NCBI GenBank assembly: GCA_012295275.1
Contig: CM022670.1
Coordinates: 10,416,001 to 10,480,000 of the forward strand
Origin: Chrysomallon squamiferum
Lineage: Eukaryota > Animalia > Mollusca
Reading direction: 5' to 3'
DNA length: 64,000 nucleotides
The notes under the pieces are model-generated. The model did not search any database. It saw only the letters and a list, made by a program, of their open reading frames with translations, and had not been told where the DNA came from. The position numbers were made by a program, and so were the translations under genes. Below, one piece after another: positions 15,010 through 27,378 of this stretch (positions are counted from its first letter, which is position 1; every line of letters begins with the position of its first letter).

Positions 15010-15708
15010 CAGTGGTATCTCTCTTGTACGGACACGCGTGTGTCCGAACAAAAGTGCCCCTATACTGCAGGTGTCCTCTCATCAGAGGGACAAAAATCAC
15101 AGACAATTGTTTTGAATATATTTACAATCTTTATTCATATCCATCACACACTACTAGTCACAACAAACATAAATTTTGTGGCCAAGCTTTGCCTCAGCAA
15201 GAATGAAGGTTTTTTCGTCTGAAATACAGTTGCAAGTACATCGAGTTCACATGATGGGATGTAAATAAAACCTATTTTGCAAGTCTAGAAACTCATAATA
15301 AGCGTAAGACATATTTATGCTTTAAAAAAAAAAAAAAAAAAAAATGTAAAACAGAGTTCCGATCTGTGCCAACCGCACCATTTTTTGACCTCAAAAGTCC
15401 TCTAAATCTTGGTGTCTAATGAAACATTAATATGCATGGAATGACGTTTAACGTTGGAATTATGAAAAATAACGCACCAAGTTGTTTGAAGTCGCACGGT
15501 TTATTCTGGAGAAAACGAATCCAAATCGTCATAACTGCCCACTTTGGTAGTGGAATGGTAATTAAAAAGTGCTGTCCGCGTCCGAGTTCAGCAGGTGTCC
15601 GCAGATCTAAGGGACGTAGCTAATGAAAAAACAATCGGGACTCGTAAAAGTGTCCGTATTACGTAGGTGGCCGGTCATCTCGGGGGCCGCTAAAAACAGG
15701 TAACTCTG
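15010..15708. mobile_element. non-autonomous DNA transposon (MITE), Tc1/mariner-pogo/Tigger-like, decayed
   Basis: The left end CAGTGGTATCTCTCTTGTACGGACAC and the right end GGCCGCTAAAAACAGGTAACTCTG are degenerate inverted termini. Repeated subterminal (AG)GTGTCC motifs occur near both ends. There is no transposase ORF, and the flanks are CA/TG rather than the expected TA. Confidence 0.55.
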
Positions 15709-15858
15709 TGTGTGTATGTATATACATACACATACTTTTTTTATTTGTTTTGCAGGATATAAATCTCTGTTGTTGTTGTTGTTACTGTTGTTGTTGCTGC
15801 CATCGGTTTTATTATCATCTTCAGTGAGACCGCAACCAGTCATCTGAATGAAAAAAAA

Positions 15859-15890
<32 letters not shown>

Positions 15891-16341
15891 AAAAAAAAAA
15901 AAGTAGAATAATTTTAAAAATTACGGAGAAAGAAATATGAAAAAAAAAAAAGAAAAGAAAAAGAATTCCATAATATTTAAAACATGATTATACACCAGTC
16001 TACAATTTCACTATCGTCATATTACTAAGTTGGAGTATAAAGTACTTAGAACGCGAATACCCACTCGCCAGACATCTTCAAGGAAATGACCTTGCATCTA
16101 ATTGTTTTTGTAGCAGACATCATCATTGATTAGGACTGCAGCTAGTAAATACCGTAATTACTTCTATTAGCGTCATTAAAAACCTTTGATCCTGCCCCAA
16201 GTGATTCTACAAAGAAAATAGAACATTAAATATATACTGCTACATATATTTTTTTTAGGATATGTAATTGTGAGTATATTTATATGATTGCAGGATAACT
16301 ATTAAATAATGTGTATAAGTGGGTGCGTGCGTATGTATATG

Positions 16342-16375
<34 letters not shown>

Positions 16376-16384
16376 TGTATGCAT

Positions 16385-16580
16385 TTTAGGATTTGCATAT
16401 TCTCTTTCTTATGTACGTCTGAATAAAATCTGCACACAGATAATATCTGGGAACGCACTGGCGCAGGAGGACAAAGTCCAAATCCACTCAGATGCCGCTG
16501 ACGAGACTCTAAAGTTTGGCACCCACTCGCCCGCACTCCGAAGGCGGGCGATGTTACCGTTAGGCCATGAAGACAACCCA
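16385..16580 (-). mobile_element. tRNA-Arg(TCG)-related SINE remnant embedded in (ACAT)n
   Basis: The minus strand reads ATGGCCTAACGGTAACATCGCCCGC-CTTCGGA-GTGCGGGCGAGTGGGTGCCAAAC. It has an A-box and the CTTCGGA anticodon loop of tRNA-Arg(TCG), a degenerate B-box, ~130 nt of unrelated body, and (ACAT)n on both sides. Confidence 0.6.
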
Positions 16581-16609
16581 GTACTGAGTGTAAGTGGTTC
16601 AAAGTTGTA

Positions 16610-16720
16610 TGTAAGTATGTATGTATGTATGTATGTATGTATGTATGTATGTATGTATGTATGTATGTATGTATGTATGTATGTATGTATGTATGTATGT
16701 ATGTATGTATGTATGTATGC
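16610..16720. repeat. microsatellite (ATGT)n
   Basis: Read directly from the sequence; similar tracts at 16349-16380 and 55100-55380. Confidence 0.95.
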
Positions 16721-16809
16721 ATGTATGTATTTACGTGTATATGTGCGTATGTGTGTGTATAAATGTATGTTCGTGTGTGTATATGTGTATGTGCATGTAT
16801 GTATGATTG

Positions 16810-16840
<31 letters not shown>

Positions 16841-17049
16841 CATGCACGTATGTATGTATGTATCTACGTACATATGTACGTATAAATTTATATTCGTGTG
16901 TGTGTGTGCGTGTGTGTGTTATGTGTTTGTGTGTATGAATGTATGCATGAGTGAAACCATAAATGTATGTCCTAGTGTTGTATATTTGTGTGCACGTATG
17001 GATGAATACTAATTTCAGTTTCAATGATATTATAAATATAATAATAAGG

Positions 17050-17106
<57 letters not shown>

Positions 17107-19414
17107 GAAATGAAGAAGGAGGAAATTAAGAAAGCAAAAAACAAAAGAAGAAAATAACACTAAAATTAAAAATCAATAGAAGAATCAAAGAAATAATTTA
17201 ATTTGAAAAAAAAAAAAAAAAAAAAACCTGAGAAAAATGAAAGTCAAAGTAAGAAAAACTTTTTTCGAGTACTGAAAACCACTTCAACTAATTCAGCATG
17301 AAACAATTAGTGACAAAAAAACATTTCAGGTAATTATCATCAGAACTATTGAACCATCTTAAGAAGATCGTACAAAAACAAAACAAGAAGAACGATTTGA
17401 AAATTTGATAGCAATGTTATCCCCCAAAAAATCCAAACAACAACAACAATAAAAAAAAAAAAAAAAAAATAAAAATAAAAATAAATAAATAAAATCTGTG
17501 ATTTTATGCATAGACTCTTTAAAGGGACTAATAATGTAATTTTAAAGATATTGTCTGCTGATAAAAATGCATTAAATACATTGATTTGTTGTTTGTTTGT
17601 CAAATTTTCGAACTGTGATATGGAGATACCCAAGCTGGCTTGTAGAATTTCGCCATTTTCCATTACTCCGACAGCTTCTGGGGAAAACAAAAACAGAAAA
17701 AAGAAAGAAAGAAACCTCCAACAAATGACGTAACCGAAGCAAAACTATTAAAATCGTTTAATGGGTCTTTTATACTTGACACTGGTAGACAGTGAAGCAA
17801 TGAGTTGTTATCTAATTTCACCTACTTACAGCCACCAATTTATTATTTCTCTATCATTTATGATTCATGCTGCACTAACTAGTATCCATAAAATATGATT
17901 TAGCTGACCTTGAGTTTTTGTGTATATAATTTTTATAAATTGTGTGTGTGTGCGTGCGTGTGTGTGTGTGTGTGTGTGTGTGCGTGTGCCTAAATATATA
18001 TATTTGATTATGGTTGTATTAGTTTAGAAATGTAATTCTGAAGGAACATACAAGAAACATAGATGATTTAAAATCTGCGAATCTGTTTTAAATTTCTTAT
18101 AAAGGCTAATGTAAAGATATGGTTATAGAAAGATTTATTCATTTATTTGTTTGTTTGTTTGTTTTTGTTTGTTTGTTTGTTTGTTTGTTTGTTTATTTTT
18201 TGATTTTCATTTAGATTTATATTAGTATTTTCTTTTTAATAAACCTTTTTTTTTTCAAATAAACATTATCTACCTTTTTAATTAGTAATAAATCATGTCA
18301 TTTATAATTGATTGTATTAATGATCGATTATATGTTTGTGTTTTGCCGTATGATTACGAAATCACAATACCCAATATCAGTAATAGAGTATGCATTAATA
18401 TGGGGAATAAAACAAAATATTGATCATGAATATAATTATTTAAATATAAATATTTTATTCAAACATGAAATATTTTCATAAAGCTATATTATTATTTTAA
18501 AATCCTAGCACTCTATAATTCAGTGAATAGTTTAATTATAGTAATAATACTAACACTCACTGAACAAAATTCTAAATCCATATTTGAAATTATAAACACA
18601 TTGAATAAGGCATAATAGTACTAAAATTATTAAAAAACAGAGTAAATAGATACATTCTATAATTTTATATTATGTGATATTCAGTTACTTTAGATCTTCA
18701 TTTTAAATATTCTGATCGAATTTTGTAAAATATCAGATCCATATTTACTTCTTGCGAAGAAGTTTTCTTTGTAAAAATCATTAACTGTCTACAACAGTTA
18801 ACAAGTTGTCCTATGACAGTCTACTTGAACTTAATAAAAACAAAAATTAAATTTCAAAGTTGTAAATTGGTCTGCAAAATGAGTTCTTCACCCCGTTAAT
18901 TCTACTCGCGTTGTAATTGACATTTTCGATTTTCGTTCCCAGACACTGTCGATAAAATAAAAGAAATAATAATTGGTTTAGTAATTTTATACTTATTGGA
19001 TAAACGATAATTGCAATTAAAATGACAGTGTGCATAAAACTGAAAACACGATGGAAGAAAGTTGACATTTGCCTAACAGTTTTTGTTTTGAGTGTGGGCG
19101 TGTTTACTGTTATGTTTGGGAGAATTGTTTTAAAAGGGTGAGTGAAAGGAGATGAAAGAAAACATATTGCTGTGGCTTCGCCTGGGGAAAAACATAAAAA
19201 TTAAATTTGAAACAAAGTAAATATAATTAATTAACTTTGACAGCTTAAGGTGAAGTGAAAACTTCGTTTAAAAAAAAAATATATATATATATATATAATA
19301 ACACTTTTCCAAGCTAACAGTACAAAGCTTTTTTTCATCATTTTTTTTTTTTTAAATTATCATATAGTTTTTGTCATTATTTTATCATTATTATTATTAT
19401 TATTAATATCATCA

Positions 19415-19448
<34 letters not shown>

Positions 19449-19689
19449 ATACCATTTTTTCAGTTATATTTTTCTTAAACAGACAAACCATGTAACTACA
19501 TTCACCATTAATTCATTTTATCTCATTCACCGATCCATCTATCCACCCATCCATCATTCCATTCCATCTAATCTATTTATAGTCACAATCAACCCCCATT
19601 AAAGGGAGAAAAAAAAATATCAAATTTATAAAAGTAAACAAAATTAATGCGATAACGTAAATCAGTCGATAATGTATTGATTAACCCAA

Positions 19690-21150
19690 CTGAAGCATAC
19701 ATCCACACAGCTCATTTGTGTTTAATACAGACCCAGTTCGTTCACGTTCTGAAATACGTTCTCCGTCGGATCGCTTGGTACAGTCCATTTGCAAAAAAGT
19801 TAAGCTTGTCTCTCTTCAGACAGAAAAATAGAAACCAATTATACCTCTTTGGTCAGACAGAAACCAGTTTTATTGATTACAATTACCATCTGAACTAGTT
19901 GATAAAATCCAGACCAAGCTTTTTCATGCAGCTAAAAAAATAAATGTACTTTCACATGATCAGTGAAAAATACAAAAAAAAAAAAAAAAAAAAAAAAACC
20001 CAAAGAGCTAGTGTATTTAAAGGAAACATAGAGACAGTCCATTTGTTTGATAAGAATAGTGACACAAACTGTTATCTTAGTGAAAAGGCAAGCACGTCTT
20101 ACTTACTTTAGTAAAATAATATTAAAACACTTTTCAGAGTGTAAGACTACAAACAGTGTGAATGTTTGTGAAAGTGAGACCAAATTGAGACCAAAGTCAT
20201 CTTTTGGTAAAAACACAAATCAGACTTTCAGCTTGGTAAAATAAATGCAAAACTGTTCTCTTGGTAAAACATGATCCAAGCTTTTAACGTTGTAAAATTC
20301 AGACAACACTGCATATCGGTAAACTCAAAACCAGTAAACGTTAACTTTGTCAAATGTGCGAGTTCATGTGTTAAATACAAACCTAGTCAGTAGAAACACA
20401 GACATAGTCTGTTCACACATTTTAAATACAACCATGTGTTGAATACAAACCTAGTCAGTAGAAACACAGACATACTCTGTTCACACATTTTAAATACAAC
20501 CATGTGTTATTTAACTTTGTAAACGTACCTGTTTTGTTCACATGACTGAACAGAGCCTATTCATATGCTTTGAAAACAGAGTAAATTCAGACTTTGTAAA
20601 ACACAAATCTAGCGCATTCACTTAATAAAAATAGAGAAAAAGTCTCTCCATTTGGGAAAAAAAAATGTCCTAATGACATCACTGAATACAGCCTGTTCAT
20701 GTGTTACATAAAGAACTAATCAGATTACTTTGTAAACATGCAGATCTAATTTCTGAATATAGCCTATTCATGTTTTAAATTAGTCAGTTTACGAGGTAAA
20801 AAAACTAAAAAAATAAAGACCAATCCAGGATAAAGCCTATTGTGTGTTATATACAAACCTAATGAGTTAACTTGGTAAAAATACAGACCAATCCTGGATA
20901 AAGCCTATTGTGTGTTACATACAAACCTAATGAGTTAACTTGGTAAAAACACAGACCGGTCTGGCTCACGATACTGATTTACTGAACACATTCTTGCACG
21001 TGATAGATACAGACTAACCAGTTTACTTGATGAAAATACAGACCAATCCTGATGACTGAATACAGACTGTTCATGTGATCCACACAGAACAAACTAGTTT
21101 TACTTGCTAAAAATACAGACCTCTCTGGCTCATGTGTTAGAATACCTCAT
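19690..21150. repeat. old decayed tandem array with younger 68-bp duplications
   Basis: (A)ATACAGAC / ACTTGGTAAAA motifs recur throughout, with near-exact 68-bp tandem pairs starting at 20365/20433 and at 20817/20885. Confidence 0.8.
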
Positions 21151-21296
21151 TTGATTTTGTAGATTACGCTCAGCATCTGAGTTTGTCTGGGTTTGTTTTG
21201 TTTTTTTTTTTTTTTTGTCGTTTTTTGTTTTGAACTGATTCGGCAGTGTCCTGTCTGGCTTAGAAGAAACCGGATGATCTGGAAATGTAGATTATT

Positions 21297-21378
21297 GGGC
21301 TTTCACTTGGCATTCACCGCGTGCCTTAATCGTGGTCATACACCAAGGCGTCCACAGTGAACGCAAACAGATTTGCCC
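21297..21378 (-). ncRNA. mir-124: microRNA precursor hairpin, miR-124 family
   Basis: The minus strand reads GGGCAAATCTGTT-TGCGTTCACTGTGGACGCCTTGGT (5p arm)-GTATGACCACGAT (loop)-TAAGGCACGCGGTGAATGCCAA (3p arm)-GTGAAAGCCC. The 3p arm is identical to the conserved miR-124. The arms pair (GCGTTCAC/GTGAATGC, GCCTTG/TAAGGC), a basal GGGC/GCCC stem is present, there is UGU at the 5p/loop junction, and a CNNC motif (CTAC, 21290-21287) starts 17 nt after the 3p end. Confidence 0.97.
21307..21328 (-). ncRNA. miR-124-3p: mature miR-124-3p (UAAGGCACGCGGUGAAUGCCAA)
   Basis: Plus strand TTGGCATTCACCGCGTGCCTTA is the exact reverse complement of the conserved mature miR-124. The 3' end is placed using the CNNC spacing and could be 1 nt longer (21306). 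Confidence 0.96.
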
Positions 21379-22162
21379 GAGTTACTAAACAGTCTTCTTT
21401 TTTTCTTCTCATCTCCGGCTTGTCTTGGTAACAGCATCGGCTGATTTCTTTCTTTCCTGTCCTAAGGTTTTTCTTGCTTGCGTTTCACAAACATGAAGTA
21501 ATTTTGTTGTTGCTGTTTTGTTTGTTTTTCTCTGCTTCTCTTGTTGGCTTGCTTTTCTTTTTTTTTCGACTGTCTTTCTTTTTCTTTTCATTTTTCTTTT
21601 TTCTCTGTTGCTTGCTTTCTTTCTGACTTTCTTTCGTTTTATTACACACACACACACACACACACACAGACACACACACATATATAATATAAATATAAAT
21701 ATTTAATTTAGTTCAGTGGAATCTAATTTCATTTTAAAACACAATTTTCAAATTTTAAATTATAATTATTTGACAAATACTAGCATTTCATCTTTTATTT
21801 TTGTGTATTTCATTGTTCGAATATATATATATATATATACATTATCAATGAATGCAGTATGATATAACATTTATCTACAGTCATTTGTTTTTGTTTTTTA
21901 TTTATCTACGTTTCTTTTTTCGAAGGATTACGTTAATATAGTTAAAACAGTAACACTCATTTAAATAAAACAGATATATGGCACATGAATAAAAACATAC
22001 ATATATATACATGTATATATATATAATTATAAACAGACACACACCTATATATTTAAATATAGCAAACTGCGTTCTCTTCTGTAAAGTTCCATTAAATCTC
22101 GTATAAAATAGAAAAGCCTAAAAAGCCTCTGAGATAAAATTAGCTGTTTAATGGGAATGGCT

Positions 22163-22253
22163 TAATCCGCTAATCTTAGGAAACGTGCGGCCAGCGCTAT
22201 AATCCCGTTATTATTGTTTTTCAGAATCTCCGACAGGTGAGCCCGGCCAGCTG
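22163..22253. promoter_or_regulatory. candidate enhancer with K50-homeodomain (Otx/Pitx-type) sites and bHLH E-boxes
   Basis: TAATCC at 22163-22168, TAATCT at 22171-22176, TAATCC at 22200-22205, CAGGTG at 22234-22239 and CAGCTG at 22248-22253, ~0.8 kb upstream of the mir-124 hairpin. Confidence 0.4.
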
Positions 22254-23246
22254 AAATAGAAAATACAATTTACCTGGCTTTTCAAATAACTACATATACC
22301 ATTAATACTAATCTACTTCTTTCTTGAACGTAAAAAAAAAAAAAAAAAAAAGAAATAAAATCTCGTAATAAATGTCGTCGTACAACAAAGATGTCTGCTG
22401 TGTATTGTTATTGACTTTTGATAGTCACACCTGTGATCGATTCCATTGTGTCTTTTTCCATAACGTCAAAAATAGCTACGTAACCGAACACCGTCGTAAA
22501 GATGACAAAATAAATATGTAATGATGAAGAATCATTTTAAAAATAAATATAAACGTCTTAAAAGTGATTATTTTCGATTAGAAAAAAAAAAAAAAAAAGA
22601 AGATTTTTCCATGATTATGTCAGTTTAGTATCATCATCATCATCATCATCGTCAGCGTTACCATATCAAATGTAAATGAATGTTAATTGCGTCATAAAAA
22701 AAAAACATTACGTACATCGTTTTCATTACAAGTATGGAAATAGTAAAAACAACAAAGAAAATAACAACAACAACGACAACAACAATAATAATAATAATAA
22801 TTCAGAGAAGTAGAACAACAACAACATCAATAAAAACAACAACTAATAATTATAAAAATAATCGGCGGTAATTAAGCCCCCCGAAACCAAACGCATTTTG
22901 CTGGCAGCAGTAAGCGCCTTTGGGGGAAAATCGAACAGTTATTTTCTCTTTTCTTTTTGCCGACGGAAACGTGCTGTTTGCATAAATTCATCCATAAAGT
23001 CGATATCGTCTGACTCATATAATATTACAGGAATAAATGAACACGCTGTAACTATAGTTCCTAGATTTGGAGAGACCGAGAGTGAAAAAAAAAAGAAAAA
23101 AAAAAAAAAGAAATGTAGAATACGCATGAAAAGCTGAAACAAGCCATTTGTGAAATGGAATCAATGTCTGACTAATTATTGGAAATAACACGAAAAAGCG
23201 AAATAGTGTAAAAGAGTGGGTGAAAGAGACAGACAGATACAGAAAG

Positions 23247-23356
<110 letters not shown>

Positions 23357-24248
23357 GTGAGAGAAAAGGAGTCTGAAAGGAAGAGAAAGAGAAAGCCAGG
23401 GAGAGAGTGAATCAAAATGGAGGATGATCGCAGGAGAGATGAATTAGATACGTCTAATGGAAATACAGGACATGTGAAACAAATCTAAATTTTCCACCAC
23501 GCATGACACATTGTATTATATTCCCCCTGCTTCCATTAAAACTTGCGTTGTGTGTTAGGCTGAGCAATAGGGCGCTGTCATACACAAAACTCGTCCATTA
23601 CAATTCCCTCATCGGTGCTTTCACAGCATTCCAGCCGCAGAACAACATGCAATTACCCAATAATACGAGATCTCCTCCAGTGAAATCTACTAATCTAACC
23701 AAGACACCCTGAATTTCAGTGTCATAGAAATATATCACTGTGTCAAAAAAAAAAAAAAAAATAATAATAATAATAAAAAAGTGAAAAAGAAGTAATTTTA
23801 TTTTTAGAAATTTATGAGTTTCAAAACAAAAACAAAAAACACAAAAAGAAATAGTGATCTAATTAGTCCGCCATTTGCAGAAACATGACGGCAGCAGTTA
23901 GTTGATAGGCATTATTTATAAATAGACGTCATTATCATCGTCATTATCACCAAAAAAAAAAAAAAAATGTTTAAAAAAAATGTTTTGTCTTATTCGCTGG
24001 ATTTTCAAAATATGCTATAAATAACCAAAGCTCATCAAATAAACCAACTTTCCTTGTTTTAAACAATTATGTAGCAGTGACCGAAATTCATAATTGAATT
24101 TTCACGTAAAACTAAATCTCTAAATAACTTATCTCATTCCATCTCTTCGTGACTCCAAAGTCAACACAAACTTGAAATGTCAGTAACTACACAAAGAAGT
24201 AAAGAAATTATATTGCATCCAAAATTTACAATCCAAAATTTATTAAAT

Positions 24249-24286
<38 letters not shown>

Positions 24287-24768
24287 TTGATTAAAATTTA
24301 TTACACGCACTGCTGATCATGAAAACGGGGAAAAACAAAGCTGGACTGCACCTGTTTACAAAAGCCCTGAATGACCATATTGTTTCCGAGATTTGATTTA
24401 ATTGATTTAACTTAAGCAGCATATCCCAACCCATCCCTTCATGCACTGGCAGTCATTACAAAACTGGTGTCTCTCCACGAATTGTTAGCTGTTTACACAC
24501 AGAGCCGTGAAGCCCGGTATTGTGTCCGAGCTTGCACTGGTATTTTGCTGTGGCAAGACCAGTTGTAATGTGTCGTATTGACGTTTTGAAAAACAATGCC
24601 AGGTGAAGTGCATTATCAAAGACTTAGGAATTACATTAAAAAAAAGAAAAGATAAACACTGTCAGCGTACAACAATGCTGTTTACGGTTCGGCGATGATG
24701 GCGCGCACACTGTGGTGGTAGCGATATGTGACGCCACAAGTCAACGAACTGAGTAAACAGTCGTATCG

Positions 24769-24782
24769 GTTGTCATGGAAAC
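24769..24782. promoter_or_regulatory. RFX X-box motif GTTGTCATGGAAAC
   Basis: 14-bp match to the X-box consensus GTYNYYATRRNAAC, inside a GC-richer island. Confidence 0.55.
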
Positions 24783-24939
24783 AAATTGAATTTGTCGAGC
24801 GAGAGATGCAAGTACCCGTGCATTTTCTATAAATACAGATATAATAATAAGTATTGACTTTGGAATTAGAAACAAAGCTGAATGCGAAGGGCGTTATGAA
24901 AACGTTGTATTTATGGAGAGATTAATTATAATCGCAGCG

Positions 24940-25340
24940 CTTGTACCAGGAAGTGCCCGTATTTGTAGCACTTGAATTCATATCCTCTCTGATCAGATAA
25001 CTTGCACCAGGAACTTGCCCTCTTTCTGAGACAGAGACACGTGTCTCACGCACTCCTTAATTAGTCTACTTGTACCAGGAAGCTAGACTGATTCTGAAAA
25101 ACATGTCTGATCATACTTCATAATCATATCATTTGCACCAGGAACTTGCCCCGATTCTAAGAAAATGATGCATGTCTAACACATTCACTAATAAGACCGG
25201 TGCAGCTAAGTTAATGATGCATACATTACCACAGACAATCCTTCATCAGACGAAATAAGCCTGTGCCAAAAAACGTGTCCTGCGTGTAAGAATCTTAAAA
25301 CTTTCCATAATAAAATCACTTGCAGCAGGAAGTAGTTCTA
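24940..25340. repeat. decayed ~59-68 bp minisatellite with conserved core CTTG(C/T)ACCAGGAA
   Basis: Cores at 24940, 25001, 25069, 25132 and 25319, with weaker copies at ~25199 and 25260. Confidence 0.8.
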
Positions 25341-27269
25341 AAGTAACGATGTGCATCAACCCATGCCTGAGAAGACAGTCGTTGTAGGTTTCTGTCAGTT
25401 ATTGAAATCATTACCAAAAAAACCCAATAGCCATCAAGTTATATTAAGCAATTACTAATTTATTTTATGTACCAGTCGTTGGGATATGGATTTCTAACAG
25501 AAGGTGCTCAGGATTTTGATTTGCACCAAGAAGCAATCAGCCATGCAATGCATCATGTCTTTCCTGTTTTATTTGTTACATACATACATACATACATATA
25601 TATATATATATAAACTAACTTTCCAACTTCTTGTGTCATCCTTTGAATCACTAATTTTCATTAGGATGCTAAAACGTAGAAGACAGAATTCTGTATTTTG
25701 TCTGAATGACTGTAAAATTGTCAGTCTGAGGTTGATCACACACAATTACGTTTTATTTCATTATTATGTATTCTAATTTTGTAAATTTAAGAAACAAAAT
25801 TGTTTTGCAAGACAAGTAACCATTTAATCGGAAAATGTCAACTGTAAGAAAGAATCATGGTTTTTTCAGGAGCTCAAAAATAAAAGAAAATAGCAGTTTA
25901 GAGGTTTCTGACCCGTGCGGCTTTAAATTCTTTTTGTCTGGTTGAGCTCCAGCCAGATTAACTACGAAATGAAGGAATATATCTAGCAGTCTCAGAATAA
26001 CTCCATCATCCAGTAATGCGTTATATCGAATGTCGCCACTAATACCAGTACGTCACATCATGGCTGCCGGATCGCTTAGCGTCGGACCAGCTAAAAAAGA
26101 GAATTATCGATTTGCCATTTTGGACCCGAGTTAACACGCCACATATTTCATTTGACCTTTAGACAGATTAGCGTGGATGATTTCCACGAGTCTGTATGCG
26201 ACAGTTAATATCACTGATACGGTGCGGATCAAGATTCCATAAGAAGACAGAGGTTTTGCTGGAATCGCAGAACGTAATTTCGCCAAATGAGGGGAGTTTT
26301 TTTTCTCTTTGTGTCTGAGAGTTAGTGGGATCGATTACTGTCAGTGGAAAACTTGTTCATTTTCGTCTTAAAAAATAAAAATAAAATTGATATTTCAATT
26401 AATAAGGATGATGATGATGATGATTGTGGTGATGATAATATTTTAATAACAATAACATAAATAAAATTTAATAAAACCTTTACTCATTAATAGTAATTAC
26501 TTATTACATATATAAAAAGACACAATAGTTTTTCGAATATGCATGACATTAAGGTTGCAGTATACCGCGCAATTCTTTCGAACCTTTCGGAAAATATGAA
26601 ATACTTTTTTTGTTTTAGTCATCTTGTATTTAAGGAATGTGTTGACTACATTAATATTAATAATTCGACTTATATTAAAGATACAGACAGAAACATATTC
26701 TGAAATAAGTTCTTGCTTCATTATTGTATAATTACTACTCGTTTATAGGCGAGGAATTAAAAAAACACTCTACAAAAAAAGTCTTATTTTCAATGATAGC
26801 TCAAAGCATCAGAATCATTAACAAATCATTTTTTTTTTTTTAAAGTCACTTTTTATCCGTGCACGTTTAATTAGCTTCGTATGTAAAGAGCTTTCCTATT
26901 AACGGGTATTTCCATTAATTGATATAAAGTCTGGGGGATTTCCTACTGAATCAAAAGAATAAAAAATTTAGAGTGCTTTAATATTGTATTTAGTGACTGG
27001 CCCGATTAATTTGATTAAATATTATATCCCAAATAAAGCTATCGATCTCAAGATTAGCAGGAGAAAAACTGAATAAATAAAGAAAATAAGCTGGTATACA
27101 AGGAATCGATATGTGACAAGTTGGAATAAATTGATATATATCGACTCAGGTATCTGCTCGTAAATTTCAGTTAACACGGACGAAGCAGGTATTAAAGTGG
27201 AAAGTTAACTATTAACTGACACCGTTATGATAGTATTTTCGATTTTCCATATGGCCGCAAGTTATGATA

Positions 27270-27280
27270 TGTGTGTGTGT

Positions 27281-27376
<96 letters not shown>
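27270..27376. repeat. microsatellite (GT)n
   Basis: Read directly from the sequence; similar tract at 35148-35225. Many further (AAT)n, (AAC)n, (ACT)n and (ATC)n tracts are not listed individually. Confidence 0.95.

Positions 27377-27378
<2 letters not shown>

Noticed and set aside
16500-16580. Functional tRNA-Arg gene
   Set aside because: The B-box/T-arm and acceptor stem are broken, so it is interpreted as a SINE head. The same applies to 32702-32770 and to the isolated GAGTTCGAATCTC at ~49262.
21241-21285. CGGCAGTGTCCTGTCTGGC, a miR-34-like seed next to mir-124
   Set aside because: It is on the opposite strand, matches poorly beyond the seed, and forms only a short weak stem.
21380-21640. 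Pyrimidine-rich tract beside the hairpin as a PTBP1-type processing element, as in vertebrate pri-miR-124-1
   Set aside because: The tract is pyrimidine-rich on the plus strand, so on the miRNA-encoding minus strand it is purine-rich.
24940-25340. CRISPR-like repeat/spacer appearance
   Set aside because: The context is eukaryotic, the cores are short and variable, the spacers are related to one another, and there are no cas genes; it is a decayed minisatellite.
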